From Octopus bimaculoides (taxonomy: Eukaryota), in the NCBI RefSeq assembly GCF_001194135.2, contig NC_068985.1, forward strand, positions 107,021,942 to 107,085,941: a DNA stretch of 64,000 nucleotides, written 5' to 3'. The notes under the pieces are model-generated. The model ran no database searches and was not told the origin of the DNA. It was given only the letters and a program-made list of their open reading frames with translations. Each line of letters starts with the position of its first letter. Within the stretch, counting starts at the first letter, position 1. Both the position numbers and the translations under genes were made by a program. Below, piece by piece: positions 1 through 12,995 of the stretch.

Positions 1-73
1 TCTGCCACCGTCACCACCACCTCTACCATCACCAACTCTGCCACCGCCACCACCACCTCTACCATCACCTAAC
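1..73. repeat. Two tandem ~36-bp ACC-rich units (truncated by window edge)
   Basis: tctgccaccgtcaccaccacctctaccatcaccaac repeated at 1-36 and 37-73. Confidence 0.8.
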
Positions 74-195
74 TGAAAGCTAATGCAAACAATTGATTGC
101 TGTAAATGGATTTTAAGCAACATTTTCGTGATTAATAAAACTAACTTCTACCTTGGGGAGTCTTCATTATTATCATTGAACAGCATCATAGTATA

Positions 196-605
196 TTAAT
201 GACTCACTGTCTCCCTCTCTTTCTCCTCTCTCTTTCTCTCTATCATTTTCCTCCTATTTTTATTTTGCCCTCCCCCCTCTGTCTCTCTCTCTCTCTTTAT
301 TTCTCTGCATTTCTTTCTCATTTTCTCCTCTCTCTCATCCCCTGACTCCTCTCTCTTGCTGTCTCTCCTCTCTCTCACTCCCTTTCCTCTCCTATCCCCT
401 CTCATCTCTTCCACCTCCTTTCATCTCTTCCATCCCCTCTCTTCTCTCTCACCCCTCTCTTTTCTACCACTCCCTCCCTTCTCCTCTCTCACCCCTCCCC
501 TCTTTCTCACCCCCTCTCCTTTCTCTCACCCTCTCTTGTTCTCTTTTGTCTCTCACCTTCTCTCTCCTGCTCTCACTCCTATCTCTCTCTCTCTCTCTCT
601 TCCAG
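196..605. repeat. Polypyrimidine/polypurine (CT-rich) low-complexity tract
   Basis: About 400 nt almost entirely C/T on the + strand; explains ORFs 196..414 and 356..655. Confidence 0.9.
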
Positions 606-918
606 CTATTTCTTTGTCAATGTTGTTATTATTTTTACTGTTGCTTTGGAACTAATATTGCTCTTCTTGTTAGTATTGTTTAGCCCCAAGATCAGTCTTC
701 ATCCAACAGACCTTTGACTGGAGATGATCATAATTTTTATCCAATCACAATGCATCCAAGAGTACATTATCTAATGTGCGGTGCAGGTGACTGATCCTCT
801 GTTAGTTTTAATGATACATATTCAACTGTCCAACTGACCAACCAACTTGTTAAACTAATCAGCTGACCTACTTACAAGTTAAATTAATCAATTAACCTAC
901 CTACTCATCAAATTTATG

Positions 919-1252
919 TATAAGTGGTTGAAAATTCCACAGTGTGTACATTTAACTTAATCCCAGGTTGAATCAGTATATCACAATGTGGAACCATACT
1001 GGATTACTGAATTCCCAAGATTTGATCTTGATTGCTGCAGTTTTCTTTTTTGTGCTACATGGCCACTCCACTGGCCAGTCTGCACTAAAGAAGAACAGAG
1101 GTTAGTGATCCAATTTCTCTGTTCTGAAGTTATGATGGAGGATGAAATTCATTGCTTTAGGCTTTCAGTACAATAAGGGGACAGTGCTACAGAATAGTGT
1201 GTGTATGACTGGACTAAAAAAGTTTTTAAATGGTTAGGCAAGCGTGAAGCAC
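919..1252 (+). mobile_element. Mariner transposon 5' fragment (decayed transposase N-terminus/HTH)
   Basis: From ATG 1059: MATPLA/(1-nt frameshift)VCTKEEQRLVIQFLCSEVMMEDEIHCFRLSVQ*GDSATE*CVYDWTKKF. This resembles mariner N-termini (EQRxVIxFL...EIH..L..YG.....VYxW..KF). A degenerate TIR-like start lies near 919. Confidence 0.75.
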
Positions 1253-1311
1253 AAAGAGAGAACAAAACATCCATAAACCTCCACCAGTGACATTGGCTTC
1301 AGCATAGCAAA

Positions 1312-1609
1312 CAGCAGCTGCAGAGGCTGCGTTGCTGGACCGTTGTTGACCCTTGTTGAGCGTTGCGGATGCAGTTGAAGCAGCATTACATGACCGCCGT
1401 CGTGAACGCTGTTCTGCTGTTTCGGCTGCTCAGGCAGATGTTGTTGAGGCTGCATTGCCGGACCATCATTGTGCACATTGCTGTTCAGGTTTGGCAGCTC
1501 GTGTGGAAGCCCTTGACGCCACATTATGTGACCACCACTGGGAATGCTGTTCTGGTGTTTCAGCAGCTCGAATAGACGCTGTTGAGGCTGCGTTGCTGGA
1601 CCATCATTG
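1312..1609 (-). pseudogene. Fossil 69-bp (23-codon) tandem repeat encoding STPR-like ETPEQxxxRR units; probable Helitron/TE-derived fragment
   Basis: Units translate Q*WSSNAASTASIRAAETPEQHS / QWWSHNVASRASTRAAKPEQQCA / Q*WSGNAASTTSA*AAETAEQRS / RRRSCNAASTASA. Stops are TGA at positions where other units have CGA/CGG Arg codons. Confidence 0.6.
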
Positions 1610-1938
1610 AGTGTGTGTGTGTGTGTGTGTTAATTTTTTTCTTATCACATGGGGGTTGTAAATAAGTATCATTATCACAAGCAGCATTCTTCATTTCCAA
1701 TCTTCTGTGAAAACATTTCTGGCCAAAAGGAGATATTACCTTACTTGGAAACAGATGAGGGTTGGCAAGAGGAAGAGCATCTGGACATAGAAATCCATGA
1801 ATTCCATCAATCTATGCAAGTATGGAAAAGTAGATGTTAAAGCAATAATGATGATGATAATGATATACGGGTGTATATGTATGCATGCATATGCATGGAT
1901 GTGTGTGTATGTATGTGTGTATATGAATGGGTTTTGAA

Positions 1939-2236
1939 GGTGCATGGCTTAGTGGTTAGGGTGTTGCACTCACAATTGCGAGATCGTGGGTTTGATTCCC
2001 AGATCAGGTGTTACATTGTGTTCTTGAGCAATGCACTTCATTTTACATTGCTCTGCGATCATTTTGACATCTGACATGTGGCACCCATTGCACCTGTGCA
2101 GATAATGTCGATCTGATGGAGCGAGTGAGCTTATGTCTACACAGACATTTGATCACAATAAACAAATCATTTGTGTGATTGTTCGGTAAGAAATTGTCAA
2201 ACCCTCATATATCATCTAACGATAAGAGAGTCCATC
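1939..2236 (+). mobile_element. tRNA-derived SINE (family A)
   Basis: Head with A-box TGGCTTAGTGG and B-box-like GGTTTGATTCC, then a cattgtgttcttgagcaa core. Related copies at 12761 (+) and 62081 (-). Confidence 0.8.
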
Positions 2237-2756
2237 ATATGAATGGGTATGCACGCACACACACACATACACAGAGTATTTATTGACATATTTGAGTGTG
2301 TGTATGTGTGTGTAAGTGTATGTACTTGAATCCTGACATTTCTTATCAAGCCATGCCTTCATGGAAAAAGTGGACTTAAAAAAGACAACAATGATGACAA
2401 CAATGCTGACAATGATGAATATTGAAGATGATGACAACAACAACAACCTCAATGAAGATGAGATATAACATGGAGAATATTAAACATTGAAATCACATAA
2501 ATTTGTAGTCTTGAGTTCATTAATAATTTTGGAGTAATAGTTCCATTATTGATATTTTAGCCGAACTCTTGGATAAATTCTATTGGCTTTTATTTGAGAA
2601 TTATTTTATAACTCAATTCCAAGATTTAATGGAATCTAGAGTAATGGCTTGATACCGTATCATGAGAGTTTAACTCTAGGGAGAAATAAACTGTTTTAAG
2701 TAACTTCAAGTTAACATCATGTGACTATTTCTAATCATTATCTTATTTTTTATTTT

Positions 2757-2757
<1 letters not shown>

Positions 2758-2798
<41 letters not shown>

Positions 2799-2818
2799 AT
2801 AGTAGTAGTAGCAGCAGC

Positions 2819-2875
<57 letters not shown>

Positions 2876-2883
2876 TGTAGTAG
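2758..2883. repeat. (TAG)n microsatellite, about 42 units with few interruptions
   Basis: Direct reading; produces the poly-Y/poly-V ORFs. Confidence 0.95.
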
Positions 2884-3199
2884 CTTTTAAAATAAAAGCA
2901 AAAGCTTTTAGGAAGTGGACTTGAATCCATAAAAAAAAAATGTATTCTGAAAAGTTCTTTCCTTTGTTTGTATGATATATTCTTTACAAAGGTGATAAAT
3001 ATTAGCACTATAGTTCTCGGTACTCTCACCTTCGTCTCCAAGTAGCTAACTACATGCAACAGCAGCCACACCCCAATAAACTGCTTTGACTGGGTGGCTA
3101 AACCAGATGAGGGTAGCTAACAAGTATGCAACTCTTGATGAGTTAGAGCATGACTATGTATGCATGTGAAAACTGAATCTGGCGGACACTGCAAAAGAA

Positions 3200-3720
3200 A
3201 CCTTCAAGGCTTGATAGAAAGGAAGGCAGCTGGAGCAATGGAATGTGGGGTGCAGAGAGCAGGATAAGACAAGTAAGACACCTTGATCATCCACTGCATC
3301 CATCTCCATCCCTAGATGCCTTGACCTGGTCTTTCTATTGTACTGAAGATGGTCACAGACAATAGAGTAAGGTTGACAATGTGCAAGGGCGACAAGCTGG
3401 CAGAATCGTTAGCACGCCGGACAAAATGCTTAGCGGTATTTCGTCCGCCGTTATGTTCTGAGTTCAAACTCTGCCGAGGTCAACTTTGCCTTTCATCCTT
3501 TCGGGGTCGATTAAATAAGTAACAGTTACGCACTGGGGTCGGTGTAATCGATTTAAGCCCTTTGTTTGTCCCCTCTATGTTTAGCCCCCTGTGGGCAATA
3601 AAGAATTAAATGTGCAACTCTTCCTCACTGTACACAAAGTCATTATGTAAGTCAACAGTCATCTCCAGGATGACTAGATGGTCATCATTATCCTGACAAG
3701 CTACATATGACCTCCATCCA
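3200..3720. mobile_element. Old dispersed repeat, copy 1 (family unassigned, possibly RTE 5' region), interrupted by a SINE
   Basis: Colinear with 26930-27410: catctccatccc..cttgacctggtct..gtcacagac..gcaactctt..caaagtca..cagtcatc. Confidence 0.65.
3387..3608 (+). mobile_element. Full-length tRNA-headed SINE (family B) with 9-bp TSD AATGTGCAA
   Basis: ggcgacaagctggcagaatcgttagcacgccgg...gttcaaactc...actttgcctttcatcctttcggggtcg. AATGTGCAA at 3378-3386 and 3609-3617. CpG-rich, so relatively young. Confidence 0.9.
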
Positions 3721-6212
3721 GGAACACCTATCACATTAATTTTTCCCCCTCCTTCCATATCATCTCTGTTGTGTTAAATCCATCAGTTTCTACACTAAAC
3801 ATTTCACCAAATCCTTCTTCCACAGAATATAACCTTCTGAAATTCTTTCTGTGCACATATTTTCTTCACAGGCCTTAGCCTACAGAGTGTCATGTCAAAT
3901 TTTTACTGCATCATACCACAATCTGACTAACCTTAGAGAATCTACCATGGCCTTGGGACTGCACCACCTTTCTTATTACCTTATAAATAAAAAAAAGTGT
4001 TGAAGTTCTTTATTACTAAGAGGCACACTCTAAACATAAGAGGATTAATATTTAGAAGGTTGTTTGTTATGACCAGTCAGAGAGTTACCAATGGTTTCAC
4101 ACCTATGAAGCACTTAGCAGAATAGGCAACTTGTCAGACTCAAATGGGCAGAGGCATGTAACCTCTCTACAGCTTGAGGGAGGAGAACGTCATTGTCAGT
4201 TAATTTTGTACACAAAAAAATAAATTCCAGAACAAAATTCTACTGGCAAAACCTTTGGTAAAACGGAGTTATCCTCCTTAGATTGATTCTAGTTATCTCT
4301 GTGAACCCTTCCAAAGACATCTGAAGGTGGTAGCATTTTCCTAGTTAGCAAATGGGGAATTCCATTTTTGCAACATGAATTTCCTCTGATAAGGCACTGA
4401 CTAAGCATCTCTCTTTTTGGAGTTTAAAAATGTCCCCAGAACAAGTGAGGTTTTCAAGATTTTTGCTCTTTCAGCTAAGTAATATACATATTGTTAGAAC
4501 GATGTAGACACTTCTGATAAGAACCCAATTAGGTTCGAAAATCGATTAAGGTTATTCATCATTTTTACAGTCTGAAGAGAAATAGCTAAAATTTGCCATT
4601 TACAATTGTACCATATGTTACGTGTGTGTGTGTGTCTGTGTGTGTGTGTGCGTGTGTGTGCGTGCGTGTGTGTGTGTGTGTGTATACTGAGTTCTAACAC
4701 CAGGTTATTAGTATTGCTACACCTAAACAAAATATTAAAATATATATATTTGTAGACACATCCCTGGCCAGCCATGTGTGGTGCCTTAAAGTAAGAAGGA
4801 ACCCCTTGCGAATTTAAGTGGAGAATCATAGAGCAGCTGGGGTCTTATATAAACAGGACAATGCAACCTTTACATAGCAGAGCTGGCAAGAATTCTTAAC
4901 GACTCATTGGACCCGAATACTCTCTTGAACTCAAGACATGAGATCTACAGCTTCTGCCCTCCTCCTTTCAAACACTACCTGCTGCAGGCATGATATTCAC
5001 TGTTCATTGATTAGAGCTATAAAAAGTTCTTGCAGATCAGAAAGAGCCTAAGGGCAGAGATTCCCTATCCACCTTTTATGTCTATAAGATTTGTCAACTG
5101 GACCAGTCGGAGATAACTCATCTTGTTTAAACCTCAAACAGAGTATATTATTCTTTTGTTTATAAATTAACTGACCGTAATGGTCACTCTATGACCGGAG
5201 ATCTATTTAGCTGCAATTAATTATATATATGTATATATATATATGTGTGTGCAATTAATTATATATATGTATATATATGTATATATATGTATATAATATA
5301 GACACACACACACATATTTATAGGTGCAGGTGTGGCTGTGTAATTGAAATGCATGCTTCACAACCATGTTGTTTCAGGGTCAATGGTGAGGAAGCAAACT
5401 TCTTAACCATAAAGCCATGCATGTACCTGTTATATTTTCTAACCATATTTGGAAGTACTTTCTTCCAATGTTGTATATGCTGTAATACAGCATATACAAC
5501 ATATTACACACTATATATAATACAGTGTTTGCTACAATGGAATACAGTGTTTTTTTTTAATATTCCACTGTAAAGCACTTTATGGAGACAATCACTAGAA
5601 TTTTGCTGCCATATTCTTCCATCATAGTTTGTTGCCATATTTAATAGTTTATTTATATGTTTGTTATTGATAAGGCACAGATGAATTTGGTAATGAATTT
5701 GTGAGTAAATTTTGGTAGTGAATTTGTGATTGAAGTTGGAAATTGTGTGGAAACACATTATATATATTTATATATATATGCTAGCATGAACAATGGATGT
5801 TCAATGATGATGATGATATGTGTGTGTCTTTGTGTTTGTCCTTCTATTGCTTGACAACTGGTGTTGGTTTGTTTACATTCTTGTAAGCAAAACAGGTCAA
5901 TAGAGTCAGTGCTAGAATTTAGAAAATTATTTCTGACGCTGATTTGTTCAACTAAGCCCTTCAAAGCAGTGCTCTAACATGTCTTCAGTCTAGTGACTAA
6001 AACAAGTAAAAGGCAAAGAGAATTAGAACAGAAAGTATAACTATGACCTTGTGTCTGCCAGATGTGTGATATTGATACTGTTTGTGTTTAAACTGAACAG
6101 CTGTGTGCCAACAGCTGTGTGCCAACAGCTGTAAGATATTCATGAGTAGAGAGAGAATTCTAGAGAGTACAGTTCTAAGGATGAATCAATGAACAAAGTT
6201 TTTAATGTAGAG

Positions 6213-6470
6213 CAGTGGTTCCCACACAGGATCCATATGGCCCTTTGCGGGGTCCATATTGGATTTTGTAGCTAAAATTTATGTGCAATAAATTAGTTGT
6301 AATTCTATAATACACAAAATATTTTAACATTTTTTTATACAATTCCTGATAAAATTTAATTACAAAAATCTAAAGGATCTTTTTTTAAATATGGAATGGT
6401 TATATGGATCCACCTTAATAAAATTAGGAATCCAAGGGGTCCATATTCAAAAAGTAGTTAAGAACTACTG
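6213..6470. mobile_element. hAT (Charlie-like) MITE
   Basis: Imperfect TIRs CAGTGGTTCCCA / TAAGAACTACTG; 8-bp flanks ATGTAGAG / ATCTGGAG fit the Charlie NTCTAGAN target consensus. Confidence 0.75.
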
Positions 6471-7174
6471 ATCTGGAGTGAGGGAAAGGGAGATCTATCA
6501 GGAATAACCAAATGAGGAGAGATGATTGCATTGAGTTAGCTTGAATGGAATAAGTATGTGACTAATTGAGATGAATAGAGGCTGTTGTACAAACAAGAGA
6601 AGAAACAACACATGATTGTAGAAGGGTAACTCCGTTCCTCTTCAACAACCACTATAATCCTCAGAGCTCTCACTTATGTCTCCAAATAGCTGTTTGCATG
6701 CAACAGCAGCCACAAAATTTGTGAAATGGCCTTCTTTTGAATGAGATATCATATGATAGTTTTTCTAACAGTTGCACTGTTTCTAGGTATGAGTAGTAAT
6801 CTAATGTGGGCCATGCTTGAGCTCTGTACATAGTCTGCTGATTTGATCAGTTCTGAGAAAGAAGGCAAACCTTTGTGAGGCAGTTTTAGTTATGTTATAT
6901 ACATGTAATGTCATCATAAGAAAGATTATCAAGGACTGAGAGGAAACTGTACTAAAATATAGAGTATTTATGTGAGATAGTATGGAAAATAAAATGGTGA
7001 GAACTTTGACGAATTTGAACCTACATTTACTACTTGATAAATTCAGGTATTCAAATTATTCACTTGATTTTTTTTTTAAATTGATATATTTAGTAGAGTA
7101 AAACGATAAAAGAGATACAGTAAAATGATAAAAATGATGCAGTAAAATATAATGTATTGATAATAATAATAATC

Positions 7175-8420
7175 AATAGTTCTTGCTACGGACTAATGAA
7201 AGCACCTTTCAAGGATAAAAGCTCAATGAAATAGCAATTACAATGACAAATGCAAACTTGATCATGATATACTTAATGAAAACAGATACCGACAACACTA
7301 TCACAAGGTTAAATGAAATAATATATGCAGCCTCCATAATAGTTACAAAAGGAAGTAGAAACTCCTGGAGATCTATTCATATGGTGATATCAAATCCAAG
7401 TAAACAGTATGGTAAACAAACACACAGCAAAATATAGAAAACTAAAGAGAAAGCTCTCTCAATCCTTAATGAAATCATTAATGAAAAGTCACAGTTTAAA
7501 AGAGAGAGACAGAGAAAGAAATAGAGAGATAGGAAAATACTATGGAAATATAACCTAACAAAGTACTCAAAACCAAATTTAAAAACATCTGAAATGAGAG
7601 ATCTCAGCTAAATCGCAAAAAATTCAACCGTATGCAAAGTGGCAAATATTCTTTGAACAAAACAAACAATCTGACTCCAACCACAAAAAAAAAAAATTAT
7701 ATAAAAGGAAAACTAGGTAAAAAAATAGAAATCAATGCTACACCATCAGCAAGACAAATAGAAAAAATTCTGGAAAAGAAATATGAATAGCAAAGGATTC
7801 ACCAAAAATATGATTGCTCAAAATGAACAAAAACAGCACCTGAACAATCATGATAGGCCATGTCAGTTCAAGATGTAACCCAGATTTTACAATGAAACAA
7901 GCTCCTAATTTTCTGGTTAAAACATCATAACATATATTATTGTAAATTTTTATAACTTAAATTATTATAACAAAAATTACTAGCAAAAATATTTAATAAT
8001 ACTCTGAAAGAACCAGAAACAACACTGAGCAGATTCGCCCAGGGAGAAAACCATCTTAACTATCAAGACTAAAGGAATAGCACACCCTAAAATCTACTTA
8101 TCTCATAACCTGATTTTCTATTGCTTACAAAAGTTTCATTGCAATAATATCACTGTGAAAAGCTGGTAAAATGCAACTTCTTTCAGGAAGAGCAGATGGG
8201 ATGATGCAATGGCTCATAGATGTAAAGATCTATTATTGATCACCAAAACTATTACTTAGAATTGTGAATGAAAGAAGACATGCCTGATCATAGCATGGAT
8301 AAACTTCCAGAGAGCTTTCAGCAGTGCTCCCTACACATCGATCTTGGGAATCATTAGTCATGAGTAAGATATCATCAATAAACAGTTACATTAAACATAC
8401 CACAAGGAAACAAGAGAATT
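7175..8420 (+). mobile_element. Decayed R4/Dong-clade non-LTR retrotransposon (pre-RT region and RT start)
   Basis: Begins after (TAA)4 at 7161-7173. Fragments ITRLNEIIYAASIIVT, FQEEQMG*CNGS, CKDLLLITKTI and LIIAWINFQRAFSSAPY (cf. WIDYxKAFDSVPH). Many stops and frameshifts. Confidence 0.7.
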
Positions 8421-10204
8421 ACACAAACTGACCTTTTCTCTACAAGAAAAATCTCTTCTAGAAAGACTCTCCTCCCTCCATTCCTGCTCAGTTTGTCAAT
8501 GACAACATCAATTATACATACTGCACTTCTATATAAAGAGGCTGGGGGTAGCTGTAGATTGTGTTCTATGGAGGCATCAGAAGTCCTATTGCAATCGACT
8601 TACAACAATAAACAAGTGAATTATTAATAAACAAATATATTATTGATCCATTATTCCTACTAATTCAATAAAACTTTAAGAAAAATTCTGCCTAACTTAC
8701 TCGCTTAGCATTCCCATTCTCTGAGTTACTATAACTTCTTGCTGATTATTTTCTATTTCTAATGTCTTATACTCCCTGTTTAATTAATTTCTGTGGAATT
8801 AATCATCTGGTTTATTTAATTTCAACTCTGACTTAATAGTATGTGCATTCCTTGGGTGTCTTATGCCCATGTATATTACTCTCATATATATATATATATA
8901 TATAATGGAAAAAGTGAAAACGAAAATATCTTATTTCCATCTTCACTTTTCCCTTTATAACTAAACATTAATTTCGTATTAATTTCATTATATTTCAACT
9001 ATTAATTAAATATTTTACAGAATTTCTTGAGAAACATGAAGCTATAGGTTCTTTAACCCTATGTCCTTATTCTTATCTTTCTTAGTCATTTTTTATATCG
9101 ATTTTCCTTCTTTCTTTAGATGTTTCTTTTAGATTTCTCTCTTCCCTGAATTCATGGCATTTCTAAGAATATAACAGTAACTAGCTGATATCTGAACTTT
9201 TATCATTTTTTTATATGTATATACATTATAAATTTTGACTTTCTAGATAAGACAGCATTAGTGGCCCAGATATATCTGTACAAAGAAGAAAACAGAAGTC
9301 TGTTGCAATTTTTGATAAACAAAATTTAATTTTTTTCATACTAAAAAAAAAAATACTGTCATTACTATGAATGACAATATGTCGAGAGTTTGGATGTTAT
9401 TGTTCTTGGTGTAATTGTAAAGGTAGTCAGAAAGTTAGCTGCAGGTTGCTGTTGCCAATCGTTCACTGTGGTTGTTGTCAGCTAGGATCAGCAGCTGTTG
9501 GTGTCTGTTTGCTGTCTGTCTACCGTCTCATCTCTGCTGCATCCCAATGCTCTCTGTCAAGTAGTCAAGGTGTGCTGCATTTATACTGATGATCAGGTTC
9601 AAAACGAAGTGTGCCAAAAGATGAAATTGTTGCTGGAGCTTATTCCACACAAAGTTGTGATTGGTTAGATTTTGTTGATCACATGGGTAATACTCTAGCA
9701 AATCATGACATAGAGTGATTGTTAAACATTTCTGCTAAAGATCATATGTAGGGAAATTAACAAAATACTCTGCCTCCACAGTACATCGACTTAAATAGTA
9801 TTCATTATTCTGATCTTCTAAGCCAATCTCACTCTTATTTATAAGACTGTATCTGCCTATATACACTGTATAAGTTTTGTTGATAGTCATGAAGACAATT
9901 GGTGGTATTTTCACTTAATATATAATCTTTATACAACTTTTATAATTCCATATGTAACAATCTTCCAGCCATGTCCAGCCATGGTGAAATATTACCTTGC
10001 TTAGAAAAAGATGAAGGTCGGTGACAGGAAATGCACCCAGACATAGAGAATCTGCCTCAATGAATTCCATCTGACCCATGCAAATATAGAAAAGTAGACG
10101 TTAAAATGATAATAAGGATGATGGTGATGGCAATAATACTTAATATATAAATATCTTTACATGCAGAAAGTGTGCCAAGTATTATTTACCTTAACATGGC
10201 AAGC

Positions 10205-10400
10205 TAACAATTATTAACACACCAGGCAAAATGCTTAGCAACATTTCATCCACCTTAATGGTCTGAGTTCAAATTCCACTGAAGTCAGCTTTGCCTTTCA
10301 TTCTTCCAGGGTCAATGAATTAAGTACCAGTTTAATTCTGGGATCAATGTAATTGACTTACTCCCTCCCCTGAGATTGCTAGTCTTGTGCCAAAATTTTA
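10205..10400 (+). mobile_element. SINE family B copy
   Basis: caggcaaaatgcttagc...gagttcaaattcc...ctttgcctttcattc...aagtaccag...tttgaaacc-type tail. Confidence 0.75.
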
Positions 10401-11726
10401 AACCAAAATTATTTCTTTAAAGTGCACCACAAGTAAAATAGCTTGGAAGCCACTACCCCACATTTATCATCTCTTATAAATTTGTGACCTTGTGCCAAAT
10501 CAAATATCAATTATACCTTGATTAGCTGTACCTTATTAATTAGCTGAGTAAATTAAGAGATTCCTAAGTTGTTTTTGCTATGGACATTGTACAAAACTAA
10601 TGTAACAGAAGACTTCCTGTTGATCTCCTTCCTCATTTGCTCCATAAGCTACCATCTTCAGCTTGGTCGTCTAAAACACTTATTTCACCATTAGTAACCA
10701 ATATGTCTGAATTATGAAGCTAACTGAAAGTACACGCACATGCACACGTGCGTGCATGCACACACACACACACTCCAAGATGATATCACTTTGACATGAA
10801 ATAAATCAATGAAGATTTCGTGTTTGGGGTTTTCACTAATCGCTGTTTAATACCTAAGAGTGATGCCAAATCTGATGGGAATGTTAGGATTCACTAGCGC
10901 TCTTAGTACTAGCTTACTTGTTCTTTCATTTACACTTGACACATGACACAAAGTTAAGGTCTTCATTAATGACAGAACATTTCATTAACAGACACCAAAA
11001 GAAAAAAAAAGAAAGGAAGAAAATATTGATATGAAGTAATCAATAAATTTTGAATCCTAGGAAAAGCAGCTTTAGAAAATGCTGTTCACACCTGAAACAT
11101 TGTATACATAGGGTTTAGCAGTCTCTTTGTGTCCTTATCAACAGTCGACCGATTCTGTATCTTTGTCCACCTCAGCTAATATATTTACTTTAAGTGATGA
11201 TGACTTACATATTCATTCTTAATATGTTTCAGCAAATTTCAACATGGAAATGCTAATCATTGTTGTGTTTCATCACTGGAAAACAACTTCTTTTAGATGG
11301 GGATCTGTTGGAAAATATAAAGAATCAATATGTAAGTCTTTGATTTGATTCTCATTATACCACCATGCACATGATGACGATGGTTATCATCATCACCATT
11401 TAGCATCTGTTTTCCATGCTGGCATGGATGAGATGATTCGACTGGAACTGGTAAAGCCAGAGAGCTGCACCAGGCTCCAGTCTGTTTTGACTCAGTTTCT
11501 ACAGATGGTTGCCCTTCCTAACATGAACCACTCCACAGAGTGTACTGGGTGCCTTTTAGTGTCACCAGTACAAGTGCCTTTTATATGTCACCCACACTGA
11601 AATATATTTGCATAAATAATTTTGCATCAAAATAACATTACAGCTATGATAGATAAAAAAAAATATCAATATATACACTAGCATGGCCATGTGGTAAGAA
11701 GCTTGCTACCTGAGGCTGGTAGTATC

Positions 11727-11945
11727 ATTAGATTGGTGCACTGACATATTGTGCATTGCTTCACTTCACTTCATATGTGATACGAAAGCTGCACAGATAA
11801 ACATGCAATGTAGTCTAATTCGAGAACCTATGCTTTATGTAATCTAATTCAGGAACTTATGCTTTAACTCTGTGGAAGCAACAAAAAAATATTTGTTGTG
11901 CAAAAGGTGAAGGCACAGTTGATCACAGTATAGTAACCAGATGAT
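11727..11945 (+). mobile_element. Mariner 5' fragment with TIR-like start
   Basis: ttagattggtgca resembles mariner TTAGGTTGGTGCA TIRs. Downstream LIREPMLY..EATK/NICCAKGEGTVDHSIVTR (frameshifted HTH). Contains a ~28-bp internal tandem duplication near 11810-11865. Confidence 0.7.
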
Positions 11946-12106
11946 CTGGTCATCTTCTGTGAAAATGAAAATCTGACAAGTGCATACTACACGTCTGTAC
12001 TATAGACATAACTGCTGGAAACTGACATGGCCTACCAGCATGAAAATTTTCATGTATGCACATGAAGAATGGTGTCACCTCCCACCCAAAGGATTTTGCT
12101 ATATAT

Positions 12107-12587
12107 NNNNNNNNNNNNNNNNNNNNNNNNNNNNNNNNNNNNNNNNNNNNNNNNNNNNNNNNNNNNNNNNNNNNNNNNNNNNNNNNNNNNNNNNNNNNNN
12201 NNNNNNNNNNNNNNNNNNNNNNNNNNNNNNNNNNNNNNNNNNNNNNNNNNNNNNNNNNNNNNNNNNNNNNNNNNNNNNNNNNNNNNNNNNNNNNNNNNNN
12301 NNNNNNNNNNNNNNNNNNNNNNNNNNNNNNNNNNNNNNNNNNNNNNNNNNNNNNNNNNNNNNNNNNNNNNNNNNNNNNNNNNNNNNNNNNNNNNNNNNNN
12401 NNNNNNNNNNNNNNNNNNNNNNNNNNNNNNNNNNNNNNNNNNNNNNNNNNNNNNNNNNNNNNNNNNNNNNNNNNNNNNNNNNNNNNNNNNNNNNNNNNNN
12501 NNNNNNNNNNNNNNNNNNNNNNNNNNNNNNNNNNNNNNNNNNNNNNNNNNNNNNNNNNNNNNNNNNNNNNNNNNNNNNNNNNNNNNN
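12107..12587. other. Assembly gap (N run); others at 14199-14208, 18884-18893, 30206-30445, 42667-42676, 51758-51857
   Basis: N runs, almost all flanked by (TA)n, (TG)n, (A)n or (CAT)n tracts. Confidence 0.99.
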
Positions 12588-12691
12588 ATATATATATATA
12601 TATTTATATAAAGGGCATTATTATAGAAATACATATATATATATATATGTATATGTATATATAGGTGTATATATATAATTCACACACATAT

Positions 12692-12722
<31 letters not shown>

Positions 12723-12760
12723 CATGTGAGTGTTTGTGCGTGCATGCATGTGTGTGTGAA

Positions 12761-12995
12761 GATGCATGGCTAAGTGGTTAGGGTGTTGCACACATGATTG
12801 CTAGATCATAGGTTCGATTTCCAGATTAGGTGGTACATTGTATTCTTGAGCAAAACACTTCATTTCACATTGTTCCAGTCAGCTGTAAATTGTTAGCCGT
12901 TTCAATAGTCTTCCAATCAAGAAGAATGTTGGCCACTTGCTTAGCCAGTAGGGTGGTGTTATTCAAAGGCTAAAACAATGCAAAACATATTATTA
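12761..12995 (+). mobile_element. tRNA-derived SINE (family A)
   Basis: gatgcatggctaagtggttagggtg...ggttcgatttcc...cattgtattcttgagcaaaacacttcatttcacattg, homologous to 1939-2236. Confidence 0.75.

Noticed and set aside
919-1609. Mariner HTH plus STPR repeat as a chimeric DNA-binding gene
   Set aside because: The two fragments are on opposite strands, and both contain stops or frameshifts.
1939-2010. tRNA gene (also heads at 3387, 12761, 28718, 62081)
   Set aside because: A/B-box-like motifs are present, but I could not form a full cloverleaf and each continues into a shared SINE body.
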